Below are positions 47,101 through 58,099 of a stretch of DNA of 64,000 nt, piece after piece. The stretch's first letter is position 1. Each line of letters opens with the position of its first letter. Below the pieces are notes generated by a model. The model did not search any database, was not told the DNA's origin, and was given only the letters and a program-made list of their open reading frames with translations. Made by a program: the position numbers and the translations under genes. This DNA comes from Podarcis erhardii (lineage: Eukaryota), in NCBI GenBank assembly GCA_964252035.1, contig OZ176213.1; one strand, written 5' to 3'.

Positions 47101-50100
47101 CCTGAGGTACCACTGTACTCTTTTCTGTGCCTGCTGTTAGAGGCATTTTTGTTTAGACAACCCTGCTCAGGCTTTTAGAATGATGGTGTGTATATTGGCC
47201 ATTTTAATTTTCATGAATGTTTTAATTTCTTTTACTAATAATTTCTTTTTCTAAACTGCTATGAGGTTTCCTACCATCCACCAGCATATAATTTTTAATT
47301 ACCAAGGACTTCCCAACAACATGCTACTTCAGCATGTTTTGTTTTTGCTTTTTTAAATAATTGTATTTACAGTATGAGGATTTTAGATTAATTTCTATTA
47401 CATGGGGGGTTGGACTAGATGACCCTCGGGGATCCCAACTCTACGATTCTATGACTCATAGCAACATAAGGGATCATAAACTCTTGACCCCTCCAGCTAC
47501 CGCCGCTTCTGCCGCCTTGACGATGTCTCGGCCCACTACTGGTCGGAGCCTTGGCTGGCCTCAGCAGTCTCCTTGGACAACCCGGCCTTCAGCAACTCGG
47601 AAGAACTGCTGCACTTGCAGATCCTGGACACAGCCTGCTGCAGCTGCCAGGACGACTGCATGGGCCCCGACGGCTACTGCAAGCAGCCGCAGGATGCCCC
47701 CTGCATCGGGGCCGCAGGCCGGCCGAGGTAACCGTCACTGCAGCCATGGTGGGTGGTGTAAAGGGTGGTGCATGAAGGGTTCTGGTGAAAAGGGGGGTCA
47801 AGGACTGCAGCTGTAATGGCACAAGGGCATACAGTGTTTAGTTTCAAGTTTCTAAGTGATGGGACACCTGCTTGGCATGCAGAACATCCCAGGGTTAATC
47901 CCCAGCGGCATCTGCAGGTAGGGCTGGGAGAGACCGCACACACCTTTCTTCTGGATGCTCCTCACCTTCGTGCAAAGATGGGGGTGGGTGGGGGACTCAG
48001 TTGCAACAGGAAAATAAAGATGTGCTTTGCTTTGACTGGTTCCTACCTCCATCCATTCTTCTCTGACCGATAATGGACTCTGAATCCCTTGATGGAGAGT
48101 TGGGCTGTAAAAGCAAACGCCCATTTTTTAAATATACCAGCTTGAAACCCCAAAGAGCCGCTCTCAAGTCAGTGAAGGAGACTGTAGGTGGGCCAGCGGT
48201 CTGACCAGATCAAGACAACTTCCTCTGTGTTTGGCAATTGTAAATTCATCCTCCTGTTTTTTAAAAGATGAGCTGCATAAACAACCTTCATTTGCCCTCT
48301 GTACATATAGACTAACACATGCAAAGGACTTCCATTGCTTAGCGACTTCCCACCCCCCAGCAAGCAAATCATGCTTGATCCCCAGCAGCAGGCAACAGCC
48401 CAGCAGGGTGGAGAGCAGGCTGGGCAGGGAGGTGGGAACTCCCCAAGGAAAGGACAGGCTGAGCCCAGAGGACTGACCTTCAATTGTCACAGCTAACCTC
48501 CTGGCTGGCCTGAGGCCAAGCAGCTGGCATAAACTTTCCACTTATGCTGGTTTGTTTGGTGCTAAAGGGAAAAAACTTCCCCAAACATAAAGGCCTCTAA
48601 TAGTGCCATGGAAAGAGGAACTCAGGAAAAGTTTGATAACTGGTAGCAGAAATGCAGAGATAAGCCCCCACACTGCTAGACTGCAGCCTTGTGCTCCAAT
48701 TTCTTGGCTGCTTTTCCCAAGGCAGCATCTGGCTTTCAGCTTCCTCCCTTCAGCTTGCTCTCCCCAGCCCCTCCTCCTCCAACCTCAAATCTTGGAATGC
48801 AAGCATTGATCTAACCATGGATCTTCCTTCTGCTGGGTGGGGGTAGATGCTTGGTGGGGAGATAGGGCTCAAGAGGGGAAACTAGGAGAAGAGGTTTTAA
48901 CCATTCAGGGTCAAAGTCACATGCCCAACTATCTCATCGATTAGAGTTGGGTCAGATGCCTGAATCCCAATATTTTATTACTGCTAAGTGGAGAAGGGTT
49001 TAAAGATAAGCCCAGCTGCTGGATGAGGCCAAAGGGGTGCCACCAGGGGCCCATCCCTTCCAGCATCCTGTTCTCACAGTGGCCAACCAGATGCCCCAAT
49101 GGGAAATCCATTAAGCAGGACCCCAGCACAAGAGCCCCCTCCCCTCTTGTGGCTTCCAGCAACTGGTATTCATTATTCAGAAGCAGACCACCTCAAATAT
49201 CCTTCCTGAGAATGCATCATAGCAGTAGCTCCTTATCAACAGAGAGACACTGGGCTGCATCCAATAGTTGCAGCACAACTACTTGTGCTACTTCCCCTTT
49301 TCCAAAAGCTCTGGTGAACCCTGGAGTGGGTGGAAAGCCAGTGGAAGAACCGCATTGGCATTTGACAAAATCTACAACTCTTTCTCCCTGAACCACCACC
49401 GTACTTGTTCCTGGTGCGCTTTAAATCACTTTTAAGTAGGATGTGGCAAAATGCTGGCCTTACTTTCATTCCTCGGGGAAAGTCATGGGCTTCCAAGGAA
49501 GAGAGTTGGGTGTTCCACATTTTAATGTGTGTTTCCTTGCATCTAATGCCCCAGTACAGTCTAGCATGTGTAGATAAGGCTTCCTCCCATTTTGCATCTT
49601 GGACATCTTCCTTCCAATCTTTTTAGTGCTCATTACAACCATTGGGATGTGAGCTCCAACAGCATGAACGACCCTATGATAGACTCCGGGAAGGCCAGTG
49701 AAGTCTCCGTCTCCAGCTGGCCCATGGAACCTATTCAGTGGAGCCCTTGCCCTGCTCTGCACAACCCCTCCAGGGAGCAAGTGGTGAGTGAGGCCCAGGG
49801 CAGGGGGAAAGCAGGTACACTTCCCTGGGCTGTGGGTCTCTAGTTTGGAGAGGTGGCGCTTTGGCATGGAAGCGCACAGGGTAGTTTGGCACAGAACTCT
49901 GATGAAACACAACTATTCGTTTCCATATTGCAAAACAAACAAACAAAAACCCTTATTTGCATGTTATGATGAATCTCCAAGGGGGCCAGAGGGTATAAGA
50001 TATAAATTTGCTCATGTAACTTGATTATGGTGGAGACTACGAGAAGAGACTTTTGCTCAAGGTCACTCCATCAGTTTGGCAACAACCAGTAAGTTGTCTG

Positions 50101-50641
50101 GCTGCTCACCCATAAAGCAATAGTCCTACATTGTGGCATCTGCTCATTGGCCCTAGAAAACGAAAACGGGCCTTCTCTGCAGTGGCTCCCCATCTCTGGA
50201 ATGCTTGTCTGGTGCCTTCATTATACACCTTTAGGCGCCAGGCGAAAACGTTCCTTTTTAACCAGGCCTTTGATCTGATTTACATCCTATGCCCTTTTAA
50301 AATGTGCTGGTTGTTTTTTGGGGGGGGCTATTGGGTTGTTGTTTTTATTTTAATTATGTATTTTGTGGTTTTATATCTTTATTTTATTCTGTGAAACACC
50401 CTGAGACCCCTCCCCAAAGTGTAAAGTGGTATATAAATTCAATAAATAATATTAGAAATCAGCAGGAAGGGGAGAGAGGGGTTGGGCCCTTTCAGCCAAA
50501 TTTGCCCCCTGCGGCATTCCCAGTACAAAACAATCCCTGGAGCCCCACTGTCTCTCCTTTCCGCAGCACAAAGCCCAGAGGCCTCACTCTTACTGCGAGG
50601 GAATGGAGCTGGTCAACCTGGAGAGAAGCTGGACAGCCTGA
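34323..50641 (+). CDS. Unnamed type-I transmembrane mucin-like protein (signal peptide, S/T/P domain, SEA, Cys-rich/EGF, TM, cytoplasmic tail), about 1277 aa; MUC3/MUC17/IMPG2-like architecture
   Basis: Exons 34323-34416, 34521-34775 (alternative donor 34733), 38848-41190, 42303-42415, 43078-43136, 43955-44103, 44464-44629, 44735-44926, 47497-47727, 49627-49783, 50567-50641. All GT-AG, phases compatible, 3834 nt open. SEA ([13 protein letters not shown]...RPGSVVV), 10-Cys module ending [42 protein letters not shown]. Confidence 0.85.
38358..38583. mobile_element. 226-bp Tc1/pogo-type MITE
   Basis: TA-CAGTGGTACCTCGGGTTA...TAACCCGAGGTACCACTG-TA. Confidence 0.92.
38848..41190 (+). CDS. 2343-nt mucin-domain exon (Ser/Thr/Pro-rich, non-tandem) of the unnamed gene
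   Basis: Inside ORF 38628-41393; acceptor cctgtag, donor AAAG|gtcagt, phase 1 to 1. Confidence 0.85.
43143..43185. repeat. (ATCC)n microsatellite directly after a splice donor
   Basis: Directly visible. Confidence 0.92.
43591..43816. mobile_element. 226-bp Tc1/pogo-type MITE (same subfamily as 38358-38583)
   Basis: Same TIRs and body; right flank runs into (TG)n. Confidence 0.9.
45190..45378. mobile_element. Truncated Tc1/pogo-type MITE
   Basis: TA-CAGTGGATCCTTGGGTTA left end; body resembles 7435-7585; right TIR missing. Confidence 0.55.
46337..46504. mobile_element. hAT MITE with 17-bp TIR and 8-bp TSD
   Basis: TIR CAGTGGCGTAGCGTGGG / CCCACGCTACGCCACTG; TSD AGACAGGG at 46329-46336 and 46505-46512. 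Confidence 0.92.
46571..46678. repeat. 3 x 36-bp minisatellite
   Basis: Units start at 46571, 46607 and 46643 with the invariant core GCTCTGAGCATATGCAGAGT. Confidence 0.88.
46890..47115. mobile_element. 226-bp Tc1/pogo-type MITE (same subfamily)
   Basis: TA-CAGTGGTACCT...AGGTACCACTG-TA. Confidence 0.9.
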
Positions 50642-51339
50642 ATCCTTCCAGTCAGACACAGGACGTGTCAACGTGCTCGAAACCAACCTTTTAATTTCTA
50701 CCTGACCAGCTCAGAGATTGAGGTGGCTTTGAACCCTGCGAACAGTGCAAGCCCATCAAGGCAGGTGGCTGATGTCAGTTTTCAATGCAAAGGCTTGAGG
50801 AGGCTCAACCATCAAGTAAACTAGCCTTACTGGTTTCGTGTTGGATTTTTTATTTTTATTTTTACGAGTAGTTACTCTTGGGAGGAACAGCACAGCACTG
50901 GAATCCAACACTGGGACAAGACTGAGCAGTTAGTTCCTATTTGGACGCAGGAGTTAGTTCCTATTTGGAGACAGGAATCTCCTTGACAGAAAAAGCTGGA
51001 CAAGTAACTGGATTAAAGGGCGAGGAGGAAGAGCAGTTACTGTTTCGTTTTGTGCAAGTTGCTGTAATGGAGGTATTAAACGCCAGAGTTTAAAAAACCA
51101 AACCAAAACCCAGCATTTTTTCCCCACATGCTCCTCAATTTCTAAGTGTCCTGTCAAGATGGGAGCTGGCCCTAAAAGGAAACACACAAATACTAAACCC
51201 TTGTTAACCTAGCATAATCTAGCAAATCTGCCTGTGCACCAATAGCAGAGGGTCCAGGGGGAAGAGAGGAGACACACGGACAAACAATACAAATCACGAA
51301 TGAGACCGTTCCATGGTAAGCAGCCAAAAAATGTCATGA

Positions 51340-51345
51340 TTTATT
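51340..51345 (-). terminator. Candidate TNRC6A polyadenylation signal
   Basis: AATAAA on the minus strand, about 1.8 kb past the stop, at the end of an AU-rich UTR-like tract. Confidence 0.45.
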
Positions 51346-53140
51346 AATATCTGGAGAAACTTCATAATTAGAACACAACCCAAACTGTACATTTTACAAT
51401 CACACTCTATTTGTAAACAGTTAAAAAGCCACTGGCGACTTTTGCATCTTCAGACACAACAGTTAGAATCAAGGCAATGAAATGAGAGCGTCTTTCAGCA
51501 CAGTTAAAAAAATTGGTTTCTTTTCTTTTTTTTATCCTTGTTTAGTCTTTCATCCTCCAACTAAACAAGCTTCAGGTAATAACACCATTTGTGGCAAAAG
51601 AGAAGATGATTTTAACACTTTCACAAGAAAAGTATTTGCAGGAACTTTTAAAACATTTAAAATTTATACAACAAAATTCTGTAAGCCCAAGTTCTTGGTT
51701 ACAGTCTGCATAGTTACTTCAGCTTTAAGGTTAAACACTGAACACAGTCACGAGAGCAGGAAGAAGGGCCACACCAAAGGGGGAGGGAGGGGGAGGAAGA
51801 AAAGAACAAGGGGGCCGGCTTTACAAAAATTGGGGGGAAACTAGAGATGAAGAGCCAAGCACCCCTCTCCCACCCCACACTATTAAAAAGACAGCATTGG
51901 AAAGCACAGCATGTCGAACTCCAGCGATTTGAAGCAATTTTTGGCAGAAGAAGGTTTACAGAGCAAGTAGTAATCAGTGCTAAAAGTTATTTTCCTATAA
52001 GAAACTACAAGGAGTTTTACGTAGGGACCTTGGTTTTTCCTGAGAGCCATGCTCTTAGATTTAGGAGGTGGGAATAGAAAAAACACAAATGGAACATGGC
52101 CAAACACTGCTCGTTATTCCCAGAGATAGAAAGCATCTTTTAACATCCACAATTTTTTTTTTGTTTTTAAAAAATATTTAAGTGATGGTCGAGTAAACAT
52201 TGTTTCTCAAAAGAAAAAGAAAAAAAAGGAAAATAAAAGATTTCTGTAAACAAGGCAGCACCCCAACACAGGAGCCCCCCCCCAAAATAAAACAAAAACA
52301 AAAATACCAAACGCCTATTGAAAGTGCAGGACCCCCTGCCCAGACAAGCAGGCCGGGTTGCCAGTCATAGCTGTGCGTGCAGTTTCAGAAACTGCAGAGC
52401 TCCATTCTTTAGTTTAATTCCACATGAACAAACAGGTGCAAGGCTTTTCCGCTTGGCATCCTAGGTACCAGTCTCATCATTCGATTGTTGGGCGCTGGAG
52501 GGCCGCCACGTGGCGGCTGGGTGGGCAGGCAGGCGTCAAGGCATAGTGGGGCACAGCCTGGTCCAAAGCAAGGAGCATCCTTCTGTCTGTCCTCCAGGAA
52601 GCGCCACCCGTGAGCTGCTGCTGCTGCTGCTGCTGCCCCCACCTTGACGATTGTGGGGCAGGGAGAAGGACAGAGTCTGTGCAAAGCCTAAGAAAGCTCA
52701 AACTCCATCATCAGCAAGTTGCAAAAATAGTAAGAATGATGATGACAATGATGATGAATCCACAAAGCAAAAAATAAAAATAATAAAATAAAATAAAAAA
52801 GCGATGGAACACATGAAAAGCAAGCTGATTCTACGTAGTTTTGTTTTTTCTTTAAACTATGTATAGCACTATATCCTGGAAGTGTAAAATCTATAACTTT
52901 TTCACATTATAATTATTGGCCTGCACAATTCAAGTATTCAAACTGGGATGTTTTGGGCTAAAACAAAGGGGGCGGGGAAGAGGGGAGGAAATGTGCGCAC
53001 GAAGTAACCGTTTCCACAGGTGACCCCTGGAGGCTGCAAGTGGGGAGGGTGGGTTGGCGGGGAGGGATGGGGGGAGGGGGAGTCCAAATTTAGTGCTGCT
53101 TTGAGGTCACAGTTTTGTTCACTGAAAGAAGAAGAGGTGG

Positions 53141-56100
53141 CTACATGGACTCCCCTCCGGCCCCCAGGTGGTCAACGGAGAGGAAAGCATTGAGGGGGGA
53201 CGGGCTGCTCAGCCCTCCCCTGGTGTCGTTGCTGCCCAGGGAACCCCAGAGGCTTGTGGAATAGTTAGGGCTCCCCCAGAGGGATGTGCCGTGGAGGTCT
53301 CCGCTGCCCGTTCCTGAAAGCCCAGCACCATTCCAGTGGCTGTTTAGGTCGTTGCGGTTGGAAAATGCGTGGGAGCCATCGAGGCGCCCCAGGCGGGTCT
53401 GACTTGTGCCCACAGACTGCCAGGCAGGGGAGGGGGAGAGAGACTGGCCTTGTGCAAAGAAGCGGCTGATCTCCTCTTCACTGGCAAAATCAGCAAGGAT
53501 CGTAGTGTTCCCGAGGACACACCTGTCCGGAAAGAGGCCCAGAAATGGGTTGAGGCGGGCACAAGCCCTCGAAAGCAGGCTGCATCTTCTCTTCCCCGAC
53601 TCATCCTCCACTACTCCAGCCCACCTGCCTTCCTCGCGCACAGAGATTGCAGCAGGCATCCCTGTTCCCACTATTCAGGCTCTGGCTTGCGCCAGTCAGG
53701 CCCTTCTGAGGCAGGAGAGTGGTAGAACACCTGCTCTGCATGCAAAAGGCCCCTGGTTCAAACACTGCCCCCCATGTCATCTGCAGGTAAGGCTGGGAAA
53801 AGACCCCCTTGCCTGAAACCCCAGAGAACCCCTGCTAGCCAGAGTAGACCATACAGAGCTAGATGGAACCAAGGGTCTGACTCAGTATAAGGCAGCTTCC
53901 AGTTAAGACCAGCCCTTAATTCAGAAACATGAGGACTAGCATCTTATTTTTCAGGGGAAGCAGCGTAGCTCAGGGACAGGGCAGAAGGTCCCAGGTTCAG
54001 CCCCCCAGGTCATTTCTAGGGAGAGCTGGGGGGGGGAGACTCCCTTGTCTGAAAAGAGAGCCACTGCTGCCAGCCAGTGTGGGGACAATGCAGAGTTCGA
54101 TGGACCAGTGGTGTGACACAGCCCAAGGCAGGTTCTGGTGTTTCTAGGAGATCAGTTCTATCTGCAGCCCTCAGACTACCCTGTGCTCAAAACAATTTTA
54201 AGAGTTTTGTCTTTTAAATCATGCCCTGCCCTCCATCACTCATAGCAAATGCATCTCCAGCAGTGTATCTAAAACAGAGTCGATCCTAAGGATGAACATT
54301 TCTTATGGGAAACGTCTGTGCCCTGTTCAGTGAGGGGCATCGTAAGGGACCACCCGCTTACACAGAAGTGTGCCAGCTAGACGCTGCTGCTCTCAGCTTC
54401 CCGAGGACCCAATCCTTGCCTTCTGCACACCGCACCCACCCAACCCCAATGCAGCAGGACAGAAAAGCACCTCCCCATTTCCTCCCTCCCAGGCTTCTGG
54501 CCATACTTACATGTGGAGAGATTTTTGTGCCTTCACCACCTCTTCTTTTGAACTGTAGCGGACCAATGCATTGCCGTGGGGCAGGTTCAGGTGGAATGTG
54601 ATCAGCGGCCCGTGCTGCATGCACAGTGTCCGCAGGGTGGAGCCATCAATCTGGATAGGGCGGGGGGGGGGGAGAGGCACACACACATCACTCACTGTCT
54701 CTACCTGCCTGAGACCTCAGGGCAAGGGGAACAGGGCCCAAACCTCCCTGCAGGCTCCTGGCACAAGGCCAAGCTGTGCCCTCACTCACCTGAGGTGTGA
54801 GGTTCTTCAGGACAAGACAGTTGGTTATTCTCCCTGAGCTGCTCTCACCCCAGCTTGAACCTGCCGGAAGCAAGAGAAAAATGGCACTGCCGTCGTGGAA
54901 AAAGGTGACTGCAGGTCCCACATGGGAAAGCCAGGTTTTTTTAAAAGGTCCTCTGCCCCACCCGGTAAAGGGCCAGATTTCACCCCATAGCGAATGAGGC
55001 CGAAGGCTTCTATTTCGTGTGTGGGAATCAAACCAGCCACTCTAGAGCAACAGTGACTTTGCAACAGAAGGATAACTGTGGTACAGAGCTCATTGACCGT
55101 GGCCTCAGGCTGCCATGTTCCCAGCCACCAGTCAGTTCAGAAGGCTGGCGCTGGAGATGCTGCAAGAAGCAAGGAGATTTGAGAGAGGACAGAGTGCAGG
55201 GAGGGTCTGAACTTCAGGCCCTGTTTCAGCTCCTGATTGATGGCCCATGATCCTAATTTCCAGGGGCCCCCTCGCCACCATCTTGGGTTGCCCTTCTGGC
55301 AGGCAATGCTACCAGCCGTGACAAGGCAGCTCTCCCGCAGCTTCAAGAACCGAAAGCAAGGAAAGGTGTTCTTTCTCCTTCCGCAGACCCCACCCTCCTC
55401 TCTTTCTCACTCCTGTAGGCAAAAAGCCAGCCTGGCCAAAGGCAACCCAGACCCTCACCAGGGGTATATCTGGCATCGGAATTGCTCCAGCTGCCCCCGA
55501 GCCGCGCAGAGTTCTCCCACGAGGACAGAGGCAGCTTCTGCCCAGTCAGTCCGGGCGGTGGGCGCGAGGGAGCGGTGATGCTCTTGGGTGGCAAAGGAAC
55601 CTTCCACAGCTCGTGAGCCAGAGAGGTGTTGTTAATGGAAGCAGGAGACCACGTTGATTTGGAGTCACTGTTTCTGGCTGGGAGGAAAGGAAACCAGAGG
55701 CATGTGAAAAAAATAAAAATGGAAAAGGAGAGCTGTTCCTGGTGCCCCTCCCCAATCTTCCCTGTGGGCTGATCCGGCCAACACACGACTCTGGGCAGAT
55801 AAGGGCTGGGTGGAGAAGCAGGAGTTCATGGCGGCATCTGAGAGGAGGCGGCAGACATAGCCTGTGCACCGGGGTGTGTGTGACGCACCCGACCTCACCT
55901 GAAGAAGAAGTGCTTTGTGCTGTACTGCTGAGGGAAACATTGTAGTTGGAGGCACGAATGGATGACCAGGCACTAGTTGAAGGCAGCGTGGTGTTCAGAG
56001 ATGAGGATGACCCTACCAGGAAAAAGTCAACAGCTCATCACTCCCCTGGAGGAGCCCTGGAGGACACCAGCAGCAAGGGAGAGACAGGCACCCTTGTTTC

Positions 56101-58068
56101 TTCACATGCGCCGCAGCCATTGAAATGCAGGTTCCAGGGCTGAACCCTGCTGCAAACTGGAACGCAGAGCCCAGCGAGGTGGGTGCAGCTCTGGTCACCC
56201 AGGCACAGCTCAGTTCTCTCCTGCCCACAGGAACCCTTCTTCCCCCAGCACTGCTCAGACCAACAGACCTCAACTCAGGGATCAAGCCATGGCTGGATGC
56301 AAGTTACTCAAGGGGGGGACACCCTAAGGCGATGGCGTTCCAGCCCTCTTCTCCCACTCTTGCCAAGATGCACACTGGCTAATGAGTTCCACCATGGCTG
56401 CAGTTTTGCAGAAGCAGCATGCAAGGCTTGCTTCACCCAACTGCAGGAGAATGGAGGACGTGCAAAATCCAAGTGGACCCGATTGCCTCACACCTGGGCT
56501 TTCTGGAATGTCTCCATGGTGGAGAGCACCAAGAATCTTTGAGAGGGGCTGGGGGAACCCTTCTTGCTCAGGTCAAGTCAAGTGAGACCTGGCCAGCTCC
56601 TTGTGCTGGGTATGGAGAAGGACTCAGCAAAGGTCTCAAGAGCTGCAGGATTTCCTTCCTCTAGAGACTTGCCAAAGACCAAGCTACTTAAATCAGGCAT
56701 GTTAACAAAAAGCTCAGAAAAATACAAATTGGCACAACCTTTGGACCACTGAAGGGGCTCTTTTTGTGCAGAATTCTCAAGTGACCAGCCTCTGCTCCCA
56801 GATACATACCGCTGTTCCTGTCCCTGAGGTGGTCGGCCTCCCGCACAGTGTTAATCGACAGATTGTTTGTGACGCTGCCGGGAGTGATGTACGGGTCAGT
56901 TTCAGGGTCGATGTTTGGATAACCTTTCCACGGCTCACCAGGACGAAATTCTAGCATTTTGAAAAAAGTATCAGGAGAACTATTGGGCCCAATTCAGCCT
57001 CCGAGTGATTGCTGAAGGCCAGTGGGGCAAGGCTGTTATTTCAGACTGCAGGGGAAGGGCAGGGATGGGGGACCCACTTCAACTCACAACGGGACTGATC
57101 CTTCTCCGATAATTCTCAGAAAAAGATTTGGGCTTTCCCCCCGAGTTCTTTCAAAGTTTGGAGAGAAATGCGTCCTCTTAGGAGCACCTTTGTAGTCCCC
57201 TTCACAGCTGCAAGATCACATGCATCTCCTTCTCCTCCCCATCACAGACTTAACTTGTGGAACTTCCTAGCACAAAACTATTATTTCCAGCTGCCTCTCG
57301 GGTCCACAATTTATTGTCATGGCCAGAGAAGGCACGTAGGTGAACTCCTCTACCCTTCCCTAAAGACTTCTCAAGTCCCCCTTCAACCAGTTGCTTCCAC
57401 CATCTTCCCCCACCCAAGAAGGGAAGAACTTGGTTTCCTGTGCCCCAGGCCCCAAATCTTGGAGGAACAGACTGGTGCAAGTCACCCACCTGGTGGCCAA
57501 TTGACACTGCTAGAACCGTTAGGCGATTTGGCACGTGGCCAGCCGTCCCCAATCGATCCAGGAGGGCTGGCTGGTGAGTTACTGCTGTTCATGAAGTCGT
57601 AGGGAACAAAGGGAGTTTCCTCCAACCTAAAGCCACTTGAAATAGCACCTGGAAGAGAGGAGACTGCTGATCAGTTTGGCCACTGAGCTGCCAACAGCAA
57701 CCACAAGATTAACCCCTTCCTTTACACCCACAGTTCAGAACATCATTCTGAGTTAAGTCAAAAGTAGTCCTCCAGTCCCTGCCAAGGTGTAGCATGTCAC
57801 ATCCCCACTTGCACTCAGGTGTCATCCTGGTCCAGGGTAAGGTCTTCATTCTCCTCTAAATTAGCTATGGCTGGCAGCCAAGGCAAATGAGATGTGCTTG
57901 CATGGGCAGAAACTGGCAGGCAACTGCTTCAAATTCCCAAGACCATCGGCTTTCTTTGGCAACCAAAAAAATACACCCCAGTGTGACTGTGGTATTATGC
58001 TTCAAACCATGCAAGGGCCTCTCTGAGAAAATAACCATGCAAGGAGCCACCCAGAGTGGCTGGGGAAA

Positions 58069-58099
<31 letters not shown>

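Noticed and set aside
53716-53790. tRNA gene
   Set aside because: Degenerate A/B-box head followed by a SINE body that is repeated many times in the window.
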